Part shown: one piece after another, positions 11,701 to 17,955 of the stretch
Layout of the letters: each line of letters opens with the position of its first letter
Position numbering within the stretch: position 1 is the first letter of the stretch
Source: a virus
Lineage: Duplodnaviria > Caudoviricetes
IMG/VR virus record: IMGVR_UViG_3300036760_001531
Coordinates: 1-62,490 of that record
Reading direction: 5' to 3' (one strand)
DNA: 62,490 bases
Program-made: the position numbers and the translations under genes
Notes under the pieces: generated by a model
What the model saw: only the letters and a program-made list of their open reading frames with translations
The model's database searches: none
What the model was told of the DNA's origin: nothing

Positions 11701-14700
11701 CACCTTCTTCACCAGGTCTCGGACCTTCTCCTTCCAGACCTCCAGGTACTCCCACGCCTCCGGCCCCCTCTTCGCCACCTGGGGCAGGAGAAACACCCCC
11801 AGGCCGACCCGGGCCGGCCGGCTGTCCTTGAGAAAGTCCGGGAGCCACAATACCTTCTGCGCGGGCATCTATGTCTCCTTTTAATAACTTATAAACATCC
11901 TCAAAAGTTTTGGCAACCTCTATCTGGTCGATTTTGTAGGGTGCCGCCGCCTTGTCGGGCTGAACCTTGCGGCCTTCGATGGTGATAAGGCGAATGGGGA
12001 ACTTGGTGCCCATGCGCTCGTACACCTTGCCGTCGATGTTGATATGGTGAGTGACGTTGTAGTGGGAGTAGAGGTAGTTGAAGAAAACCCGGTCAGCGTT
12101 GGTGAGCTTACCCATGATGCCGCCCAGAGGATTTGCGAAAGAATGGCCGCCGACAATGAAGGCGGCCCGCCCGTCGTCGTCCATGGCCTTGAGAGCATCC
12201 AGGGTGATCAGATGTTCCAGCTTGGAAACCTTGTAACCGTCAAAATCTACCGGGGTATCCAGGCTGCCGAAAGGCGGATTGGCGATCACTACGTCCACCG
12301 AGTTTTCTTGCGGACCGCCCTTCTTACCTACCAAGCTCTGAGCGTCTTGGGAAACCACGTCGAACCCCTGAGACCGCAGATGGTCAGCCCGAAGTGGGTC
12401 GATCTCATTCGCCAAGGTCTGTTTCGGGTTGGCGCCGATCAGGAGCATGCCGTTGCCGGCGGTGGGCTCGTAAACCCAAGAATCCTTGGTGATCCCTGTA
12501 ACCTTATCCATCAGGTAGGCCAGGGGCGCCGGGGTGGAATAAGCCTGGTTCCTGATGGTGGTGGAGGTCCGGGAGGTGAGGGCCGGCTGCCGGTTATAGA
12601 GGTCGATCAGCTTGCGAAGGGTTCCGGCCACGTCTCCTTGGGTATCCCCGGCCACGGTGCTCCGGTTGGCATAGACCAAGGCCAGTTCTAGAGCTTCCTC
12701 GATCTGCTTGCGGTAAGATGGCATTTGAAGCCACTCAGGAGGAATGTTGTGGCGTTTCTGAACCTGCTCCATCAAGTTACCGAGGCTGATGTTGCCGCGC
12801 AGGTCGGAAGTGTAGAACATCTTGGCCAGTTCCACCGTGTCGATCTTGGCGGGCCTGGGCGCAATTCCCGGAGGCAGGTTGGAAGGGGGCTTGGGTTTGG
12901 GCACCGGCACCGGCACCGGCTCCTGGTCGAACAGGTCCCCGGGCATCCCTCCCAGCCCCGGCAGGGTTCCCTGCTGCCCCTGGACCGCGGCCTTCTCCAA
13001 AAGCTGGCGCTGTTCCTCGGCGGACAGGTTCCCCCTGGCCACCTGGTCAAACATCTCCTGGTCGGCGCTCATGGCCGCAATCTGGAAATTTTCAGCCTTG
13101 GGGAAAGCCCGGAGAACGGTAGCAGCCCGTTCCCGGTCGATGTCGGGGTATTCGTCTTGGAGTTCGTTAAGGCGAGCTTCGAGGGTGGAGGCCCTGGGCT
13201 GGCCGCCGGTGAGGTCGAAGTCGGGGGTTACTTCTTCGGTGCCGGGACCGCCTTCGGTTTGAGTTGGTGCGGGCCCTTGGGCCGGAGGTGCGGGTTCTCC
13301 TCCGCGAACTTGTCCTCCAACGCCTGCGCCAGGTCCAAAGGTACTTTCCCGATCTTTTTTGAGGGCTTCGGGGAGATTCTCATAAAATGCCTTCCTGATT
13401 TCCGATTTTACTGAAACATCACGCAGTTGTCCAGCATATTCCCGCAAGAGGGTATTGGTGGCCGATCCGCTTAACTTTGCAGCCTTATCGAAAAAGGCCA
13501 GGTTGGCCGCCGCCTGCTGGCTGATCATCTCGTTGGTGTCGAGGTCCAGGATGTTGCCGGCCTCGGTCAGGGTCCCAGCCTCCTTGCTAACCAGGCCGAA
13601 AAGCCGCTTATCCTTGCGCAGCTTGTCCTTGGTATAAGCCTTCAGGTCGGCGGTCTCTTCCAGGAGATTCCTTTGCAGCTCTTCCTCGCCGAAGAGGGTA
13701 ATCTGCTTAGTGGGGATAGTCTCAGAGGCCACCGCCTCCCGCACCATCTCCAGAAGTTTTGCTTCAGAGATGGGCCTGGATTCTTCCCGGGCTTTCGCCA
13801 TGCGGTACACCGCTTCCTGGACCGGATGGTCTTTCGGGTCGGGCAATTCACGCCCGATAACCGCCGCCTTCTTCGCCGGGAACTGCCCCATTGCTACCGC
13901 GGTGAAGATAGGATCACTCAGGGCTGCCAGTTCCACCGCCTGCCGGGAGTGGCCCGGGGTCATGGACACCCCACGCTCACGCAGTTCCTCCGGGGTCAAC
14001 CCCAAGTTCCGAATAGCCTTGGCCGAATCAACCGTGGTCCCGGTGCCCGCCCGGATATTGGCCAGAGCCGCCTCCACTTGGGCCTGGGGGATGGAGTAGT
14101 AGTCAGAGTCGAAAACCTGGACCTTGTGTAGTTCCAACCCCACCCGGTCCCCGGCTTCCAGACGCTGGTGGCCGTCAATGAGTTCGACCCGCCCGTCCGG
14201 GTAGCGGTACAAGGAGATGTCCCCGGCGCTGGCCGCTGACCATTGCCCTCTCTTGGTGATGTCTGTCAGGGCCAGCCCACCACCAGTTTTTTTCTTCGCC
14301 CCGAACTTGTGCTGCCAGAGCTCCGGGTTCAGATTGATAAGCTCCCGGGGAAAGTTGGGATGATGCGACAAGCCCGGCTGATTAACCGAAGCTGTTTCGC
14401 CCTTAACAAACCGCTCCGGCTGCGGGGCCCAGGCCTCGCCCTGAGGGGTAGGTCTGGGGGCAATCCCCGGAGGCAATTTGGTAGGCTTCGGGGCGGAAAC
14501 GGTCGGTGGAGCCGCAGGTTTCGGTCGGAGGGTTTCTGGTAGTTGAGCCTCCTGGCCGCCCTCGTCGAGGTAACCCCGGACCCGAGAAATGTCGATGCGG
14601 TGCACGTTGCCATCAGCGTCCACCACCTCAAAAGCCTGGCCGCCATAAGGAGCTTGTTCCTCTTTGACGGTAACAACGGACCCGTCCGCGAGGGTGACTT

Positions 14701-16951
14701 TGGTGCCTGAGCCTATGACCGTGGGGCCCTTGGGCGGGGGAGCCGAAGGGGGGCCGCCCGGGGGAGGTTTCGGCCCCGATATGGTAACGATGGTTCCGTC
14801 ATCGAGAACCAGCTTGCCCCCAGGCCGAAAGATCGTGTCCGCGGTGGTCGGTCCCGAAGCGGCGGCAGAGGTCTCCGGCGAAGGGGGAACACCAGGAGGT
14901 GGGACTGCCGTCGCTTCCGGGGCCGGTGTAGGTTTCTTGGTAGCCGCCTCTGCCACTTCCGCCCAGGTGATTCCCATGGGGGCCTGGGGTAATCCGCTTC
15001 TCCCGGCAATCTCCCGGCGGGTAACTCCGCTCAAGACTTCCCGGTTGGCGGCCAGGAGACCGTGCAAGTCCCGGGCGGCTTGGGAGTCGCCGGTTTCCTC
15101 TACCTGGCGGATAAGAGTTTCAAGCCGCTTGGCAATGGGTTCCAGGCCGGGAATCTCTCTCTCCGGCACCCGGAAGAGGTCCCCAATACCCTTTTGGTTG
15201 GCGATGAGAAGCTGGTTCAATTCTTGGGCGGCGTTCGGATCCCCTGTCTCTTCCACTGCGGTAACCAACTGGCTGACCCGCTCACCCAGACTGGGGACAC
15301 TCGGTTTCGGCCTGCCCGCCTCCATTACCTCAGCGCCGGCGACCCCCATAGGCGTAGTCGGTCTGGGACCACCAAATGCGGGCGGGACTATCAGCCTTTT
15401 GGGGGCAGGGGGTTCCTCAGCGCCGGCGATGGTTTCTCCCAGGGCCTCAAGGTCTTTCTGGTGGCGGTCAGCCCAGAGCTTTTCGTCGGCGGTGCGTTCC
15501 CAGGCAGGCTTCGCCAATATCTCACGAAGCCTTACGTCTTCCTCTGTAGGCCGGACCGGACGCCCCATTTCATCCACCAGAGGTGTCTCACCCGGGGGGA
15601 TTTCTTCAACCCGCGGCTGGCCTCGCAAGTCTCTGGTGGTGTAGGGCGAAGGCACCTCCACCTCTTCAGGTGGCCGCATCTGTCGGACAACTGCACCCCG
15701 GGCTGCCCCTTCTTCGGCTGCCTGCATGGTGCCCTGGTATTCCTCTTCCGCCAGCCGCTTCGCCTCCTGAACTCGGACGGCCACTTCCTTTACGGCCTTG
15801 TGGCGCACGTTGAGGCCGGCGAAGGTTCCACCAATGCCCCCCAGGGCGGCGCCGATGAGGACGCTTTCCACAATCCCTTCGGTGAGTTTCTGGTCCGGGT
15901 CAAACCCTAACCGGGCTGCGGCATTCTCTACGAGCGACTGCGCCCCTTCCGTCACTCCCTCCGTGGCTACGCTGTCGATGATCTTGCGGACGATCAAGCC
16001 GCCCTCTTTCCCGGCGAAGACCTGCTTGACCATCTCCGGGAGACTTATTTCACCCCCATATTTCCCCATGAACACCCGGCCAAAAGACATGGCCTCCAAG
16101 CCACCGGCCACTACGCCGGTCCCCAGGATGGAGAGCACCCGGTTAGCCCAGGGGATAGGTTTATCCGGGTTCTTGTTTTCGTACTCCCGAACCTTTTCTT
16201 CCGCCTGGCTCGCCTCCATCGCCATAGACATGCCGTACATGCCGATGGTGCTCAGGCGGTTAAGTTTCTTCCCAATCTCAGCGATCTTGGCGGTATCACC
16301 TGCGACCTTGGCCGCTTCTAAGGCCGTGCCCAATTTCCCGGCGTAAGCCACCGCCCGGGGTGCCCAGGCGCCCACGATGGTCGGGATCATGGATATGGCC
16401 CCTTCCGGCAACTGCGCCGCCCAGAATCGGGGGTTAGTGGCCTGAGAGGTGATCTGGCCGATAACCTCCCCGGGGTTGGAAATGATCCGGTCCAGGTCGA
16501 TGGGTTTGCCGCCGGCCGCCTTGGAGGGTTTCCACTCCGGGGACTCAGCCGTTTCTTCCAGGCTCTCAATGATAGGCACCGTGGCCCGCTTCACCGTCTC
16601 ACTCCCCAGCACGTCGGAGCCGACGATCTTGGCCACCTGCACCGGCAGCTTGGCGAGCCCTATGGCCCCCCGGACCACGGAAGCCCCGATCTCCCCGGGC
16701 AGGCTGCGCTCCACCTCCACCGCCTCGGCTTCCTTCTTCCGTGCCAGGTGTTCCGCCCGCCCCGCCGCATAGTCAAAATCGCTTTCCGACATGAATTTGG
16801 AGCGGTCAGATTCGGCAGACGCGGGTTCGGCAGGGGTATCCCACCAGCCGGGAGGCAGTTTAGCGGCCTCTACCGGCGGGGTAGCCGCTGACGGAGTAGC
16901 CGATCTTAGACTCGTTAAACCCTGCTCTTTTTCTTCATCCAGGAAAGGCAT
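2789..16951 (-). CDS. Giant polyvalent (DarB-like) internal virion protein: ParB-like, N6-adenine MTase, strawberry-notch SF2 helicase, JAB/RadC, HExxH peptidase-like, LPD38
   Basis: DGHQRL (~14170); EPTAGNG (~12460) and NPPF (~12275); GHQTGVGKG (~10695), DESH (~10325), QLLGRIHRTGQ (~9160); HNHPSG (~7090); HEVGH (~5175); C-terminal PFWNASIQG...LPKPFE...N.NWFTGRPIE LPD38-type region. Confidence 0.93.
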   Translation of the reverse strand: MPFLDEEKEQGLTSLRSATPSAATPPVEAAKLPPGWWDTPAEPASAESDRSKFMSESDFDYAAGRAEHLARKKEAEAVEVERSLPGEIGASVVRGAIGLAKLPVQVAKIVGSDVLGSETVKRATVPIIESLEETAESPEWKPSKAAGGKPIDLDRIISNPGEVIGQITSQATNPRFWAAQLPEGAISMIPTIVGAWAPRAVAYAGKLGTALEAAKVAGDTAKIAEIGKKLNRLSTIGMYGMSMAMEASQAEEKVREYENKNPDKPIPWANRVLSILGTGVVAGGLEAMSFGRVFMGKYGGEISLPEMVKQVFAGKEGGLIVRKIIDSVATEGVTEGAQSLVENAAARLGFDPDQKLTEGIVESVLIGAALGGIGGTFAGLNVRHKAVKEVAVRVQEAKRLAEEEYQGTMQAAEEGAARGAVVRQMRPPEEVEVPSPYTTRDLRGQPRVEEIPPGETPLVDEMGRPVRPTEEDVRLREILAKPAWERTADEKLWADRHQKDLEALGETIAGAEEPPAPKRLIVPPAFGGPRPTTPMGVAGAEVMEAGRPKPSVPSLGERVSQLVTAVEETGDPNAAQELNQLLIANQKGIGDLFRVPEREIPGLEPIAKRLETLIRQVEETGDSQAARDLHGLLAANREVLSGVTRREIAGRSGLPQAPMGITWAEVAEAATKKPTPAPEATAVPPPGVPPSPETSAAASGPTTADTIFRPGGKLVLDDGTIVTISGPKPPPGGPPSAPPPKGPTVIGSGTKVTLADGSVVTVKEEQAPYGGQAFEVVDADGNVHRIDISRVRGYLDEGGQEAQLPETLRPKPAAPPTVSAPKPTKLPPGIAPRPTPQGEAWAPQPERFVKGETASVNQPGLSHHPNFPRELINLNPELWQHKFGAKKKTGGGLALTDITKRGQWSAASAGDISLYRYPDGRVELIDGHQRLEAGDRVGLELHKVQVFDSDYYSIPQAQVEAALANIRAGTGTTVDSAKAIRNLGLTPEELRERGVSMTPGHSRQAVELAALSDPIFTAVAMGQFPAKKAAVIGRELPDPKDHPVQEAVYRMAKAREESRPISEAKLLEMVREAVASETIPTKQITLFGEEELQRNLLEETADLKAYTKDKLRKDKRLFGLVSKEAGTLTEAGNILDLDTNEMISQQAAANLAFFDKAAKLSGSATNTLLREYAGQLRDVSVKSEIRKAFYENLPEALKKDRESTFGPGAGVGGQVRGGEPAPPAQGPAPTQTEGGPGTEEVTPDFDLTGGQPRASTLEARLNELQDEYPDIDRERAATVLRAFPKAENFQIAAMSADQEMFDQVARGNLSAEEQRQLLEKAAVQGQQGTLPGLGGMPGDLFDQEPVPVPVPKPKPPSNLPPGIAPRPAKIDTVELAKMFYTSDLRGNISLGNLMEQVQKRHNIPPEWLQMPSYRKQIEEALELALVYANRSTVAGDTQGDVAGTLRKLIDLYNRQPALTSRTSTTIRNQAYSTPAPLAYLMDKVTGITKDSWVYEPTAGNGMLLIGANPKQTLANEIDPLRADHLRSQGFDVVSQDAQSLVGKKGGPQENSVDVVIANPPFGSLDTPVDFDGYKVSKLEHLITLDALKAMDDDGRAAFIVGGHSFANPLGGIMGKLTNADRVFFNYLYSHYNVTHHINIDGKVYERMGTKFPIRLITIEGRKVQPDKAAAPYKIDQIEVAKTFEDVYKLLKGDIDARAEGIVAPGLSQGQPAGPGRPGGVSPAPGGEEGAGGVGVPGGLEGEGPRPGEEGGEPGGGRGSVPGLGQPGAPRCGPVSPGGREPGRVDRHDQAGAGGVAGAHPGVSPQPEPGEQAGPVKPLSPEPGGRSSQPATRATGGTERPQSGRVPPKSIGSGTQITLPDGTTVTIKEEQAPYKQGQAPYGEQTVEVVDADGNVRRIPISQIQGVVDESGKEVKLSDEDRQGLKVFQKNQWVETNDGATGQITKVRGWGDKMVLTVQWSEGAITVNPADVKNILEGPPAAKEEKAPIPESKLAEETSLQVPYKPTSKGQAMNTVAPRYMAEAVGNYLEKLQEEVGDLDEFVRSRLGYKTKGEMFGVLGAEQVEGVALAIDAIERGTGGFVIGHQTGVGKGRMVAAIMRYAKNQGLTPIFLTENDGLFSAMYRDMKDIKADLNPLIVASNPDRARIVDNSGNVLRNLDLNAIREAVRNRRLPAGHDAVFTTYYQMNSRTMTGKMELLRALAPQSILILDESHKGAGDKSQTGAFLRAHMTDQARGVIYSSATYAKRPDTMALYHRTELGNLNVDIDTVIANLVMGGVPLQEWIAHQWAQSGQMIRNELSFSGIDIPVEVDTENITRDRQRSDDLTQGLREILRFSKAFSEWVADLNDNFQEEGEQVEPGFRGGISNTNFASVMHNKISQLLFCLRTDATIKEALAALKQGKKVTIGCYNTMEAFVKDMLEAGTIKVGDELNMNFAQVIRKAADSVLVYRIDHGRGAPPEKVIVRPEDMPPHLQTMWRNLTNLLEGTTTDVPAMPIDYIAKALIKEGFKVGEITGREHVLDWEQEGNILRKRGTKEKSDKNTPVNKFNSGEYDALIINSSGSTGISLHAGEKFQDQRPRHMILTQMSNEINEAVQLLGRIHRTGQVNLPSYMIKISSLPGEKRPLAILQKKLASLFANVSAKGESAYSLDVNDIINQYGDQVIAEMFADDPSLNDRLSGVLDNVIDDDFIKADKDGRIHQILTQYAETGKLTKRVTGWTSLQPVSVQEEVWAAIDAKYEDLVEHLKQIGEYNLESEHLDLQTKTLSKSVLVAGSTQGKSELSSPTYFETVEAKVQKKPMTMAEIEKRMHANLKGRQPQDLADEIKTKIQQDFEPWLTEKIALMRGAGTSQDTINRFEQGARGALSYTLRHLDEYQIGTAIKYELQAMVGVIYDLKYKPITGSNPATPGNIKISMAVDSTMRIFKTSMAGISTGTTRYKMSALDGWGEGSPQSPSWDEKLPDQTYETRYLVTGNLLGNPIDAGQMTFFTRDDGKLATGFLMPLNFDLSKHPELQRVMLSQSQAETLLKREGWMSDSSYEVIMRKMGLGYSLEVPTSKAKGGKYFLNKELLALVRNGEFYRSRGRMVGDIQSREDALAAVGLLYKLGVVFSTDRATADNIFGSSLGGAPGVAEKTVPYTQLTAEHHAEEVKLAYGSEKAANQVVQETARQIEKVHRNLQGIPSPGVPGVLARYRSRIAQEYSKQGWIDLSGRQLESGREAQQIAELFQVFRNPKMEILHAIYTKNGEIVAHNAITSGQINSVRPKNIAQHLFRLQETAKRLGADKVHILHNHPSGNPDMSLADRSMARVLRDGFTSLNEAQGETTGVVGKTGEGQEIEGLGNLMGEFIVIDHGKFSYLYEYPGQGRHINYGNYKVSPELRQAHAKGMIIKNASDLAAFISTIKYDPNKVVLIHLTSANEVNGWSVHNKTILDKPVKQVKQSLKQEMKAFNANRTVIVTEDMAVVNKMLSQEIETGAQDNINLTSMVLDVINARGENLRGSAEFLWQLSGRQAGKEARAMWEPQASYSPAEAENVLTDYDRKMLAPEGKRTIWEKIKAVKTGEGTKGFLEKFYTEVVDRYAPMERAEEKLKKAGIIVGPGQSVTNALSYMRGQEGRVRQALSGDHVYQNVMEPDENGRMVFTGEIEDVGASLDKRLEPIKKLAAKRGEEVPKVMHDLFNRLMVAQRDLELAGETGSRAPGEIKGTRPEDSRAALDALKSIYGDDFKTLEDAARSVREWGDQTILQPLLQVGFIDQARYDEIKAKNEFYIPFKRLMEDIDDYINANAAALGVKGRVIQKIKGSERAILDPLQMWIELAYKANYAFARNYVVQNIAVLGEYGDPDIKEVPAKYLPVDFAQKQEIDAVLRPQLVKLAKALGIDVKVMGTMRSRRLGQFKKWLSQEVQSGGITSEVAKEIQVRFATFEATLAHEVGHGIDDAYGLVKLLIEQGTPEMKRELRRIADQRADNPSSSYKRYIRKKEEQVAEFVSRYIIDKRSVERLAPNALAKFEGYLRQNDKLRPLLTFKLSHQAGMLEAMNRVWARSPLPPEPGTIPYYRDGKQLWLKVPPDIFQATQSMMPSEIGILLKVAKAPADLLRAGAIMTPEFALARNPARDIIQAYLFSRFGFNPLKWFRDAYGLVAKDEDTLRYRREWEAGGGPLATLAQSMVDPEQITSETIMGKKKGMVYHAHPLAALRHASAYLENMTRFSIYKQAREKGLSHAEAIHEARRTTLDFARHGGHPVIRYLNMIIPFWNASIQGADKLITELSGPNKWAVMRRMSLLTTASILLWTLAHQDDRYKELEDWEKNYFWHIPLGGKNSPMVRLPKPFEAGILFGSIPERMLDWAVDKNINGVKAALGAAWQTLTPEFIPAIVRPIVEGGANYNWFTGRPIEDASLQNLPAELRAKPWTSELAKAISRHTPAMMELSPVKVEHFVRSMTGGLGANYFFPGIDVLLRKTGALEDIPQPTKDTIEYFWGVRAFFTKPPTGYRAKTVNDFFEAYQKSIQADQGWKLLWNSGSMDKLDEFLADNPEAMFARVARKQVDEMGKIKKERNSIYLSKTLTSEQKRGKLDVLDEKIVQLAKVGQALMDPEVAQALKMPSRFKTEAGTRKSLDLDGYYKFVTESVGDACDSIQKDLPRLLRMDEAQRQRYLIKAIRQAREDYQPILKKPEDVMKPYRFSNLVDKPTRAERAAWQQVMGFRKSNPGLMTGYRLKPEEERREVGP
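11401..11868 (-). CDS. Nested +1-frame gene (155 aa, acidic, helical) inside the giant gene
   Basis: AAGGAG 7 nt before ATG; protein-like sequence with GC3-rich codons while the host frame is Gly/Pro low complexity. Confidence 0.7.
   Translation of the reverse strand: MPAQKVLWLPDFLKDSRPARVGLGVFLLPQVAKRGPEAWEYLEVWKEKVRDLVKKVANREGDEEVCRALDSLGPHVADQYLPGDENQDELIDMIRQAPEVSLEHILEYLRNPSPENKLDLLNHYPQNPGEDHLSPQQELQEEQKDLNLDEFLLSL
13228..13383 (-). CDS. Nested +1-frame small gene (51 aa) inside the giant gene
   Basis: AGGAAGG before ATG; MRISPKPSKKIGKVPLDLAQALEDKFAEENPHLRPKGPHQLKPKAVPAPKK spans a Gly/Pro linker of the host frame. Confidence 0.5.
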   Translation of the reverse strand: MRISPKPSKKIGKVPLDLAQALEDKFAEENPHLRPKGPHQLKPKAVPAPKK

Positions 16952-16960
16952 TGATCTCCC

Positions 16961-17944
16961 CTACGGTGTCCGCAGACGCGGATTTTCTTCTTCCTCTTCT
17001 ACGAACTGACGGCTCAGTGTCACGCCAAGTTCCCTTAACGACGGTAGGCGACCCAATCCACTGACCGCCGAACCCGTAACCTCCGGCGTCGCCACGGGTG
17101 GAGGTGTTGCTGCGGCCGGTGCCCCCGGCTGCCCGGTACGCCGCCCGGTACGCCGCCCCTCAAACCATTCCAGGGTTTCCGGCGTGACCACTTCCTCCTT
17201 AATTCGTTTCTGCTCCGCGGGATCGGTAGTCGTGGCTAAAAGCTGCCGGCGCATGGCCATGCCGGTCTTGGGGTCGTTCCACAGATTGGTCCCCTTAATC
17301 TTCCCGCCCTCCGGAGCGATCTGCTGCAGGATGCTTTCAACCTCTTCTTTGCTCTGCGGCCGATGCCCCAGGGTCAACCTCTGGATAGCGGGCGGCAAGA
17401 TCAAACCCTTTTCCTTGTCCTCCACCCCATACTCCTTCAGCAACCGCTCATTCAGGGTCTTTTGGAACCCTGCTTCGGTGACAAGATTAGCCTGAGCTTG
17501 AAGATCGGGACGACGTTCTGCTAATAGACGAAGCGCGGGGCCTTGTGCGGGCTCAAACTCCCCCACCCCCTGATTCTTGTTGAAGGCTTGCTGCGCCCGC
17601 AAGGGCGTGGCGAACTCCGACAGTTGTGCCCCTCCTGCGTCCGTGGCGAAGGTCTGCCGCATCCCCCGGATCACCCCGATGGGGGCCGGAGCCCCGGCGC
17701 CGGCGTTGAAAGAAGTAGGCGCTCCCAATTCCTTCCCGGCTTCCGTCGCATCGGCAAAGTGCGTTGCTGCTACCCCGCCCGCCGGGGCCGCCCCGGACCG
17801 GAAACCGAAACTGCGCTCCCCGGGGTTTGAGGGAGCCTGCCTTAGACTAGGCGCTTCTGTCCGGGCCGCGTTCGCTCGGTCCACCGTCGCCAGCCTTAAA
17901 TTTCGCTCGTCCAGGTCGTCGTAGATGTCCGTAGTCAAACCCAT
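16961..17944 (-). CDS. Putative internal virion/ejection protein
   Basis: Ala/Gly-rich, GGAGGG SD, directly upstream of the giant protein. Confidence 0.7.
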   Translation of the reverse strand: MGLTTDIYDDLDERNLRLATVDRANAARTEAPSLRQAPSNPGERSFGFRSGAAPAGGVAATHFADATEAGKELGAPTSFNAGAGAPAPIGVIRGMRQTFATDAGGAQLSEFATPLRAQQAFNKNQGVGEFEPAQGPALRLLAERRPDLQAQANLVTEAGFQKTLNERLLKEYGVEDKEKGLILPPAIQRLTLGHRPQSKEEVESILQQIAPEGGKIKGTNLWNDPKTGMAMRRQLLATTTDPAEQKRIKEEVVTPETLEWFEGRRTGRRTGQPGAPAAATPPPVATPEVTGSAVSGLGRLPSLRELGVTLSRQFVEEEEENPRLRTP

Positions 17945-17955
17945 GGCTTGCCCTC

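Noticed and set aside
3277-16569. Other same-strand alternative-frame ORFs inside the giant gene (e.g. 5242-5526, 9214-9507, 11920-12198, 14329-14676)
   Set aside because: Ser/Pro/Arg/Thr-rich off-frame composition; no convincing SD noticed; several overlap conserved domains
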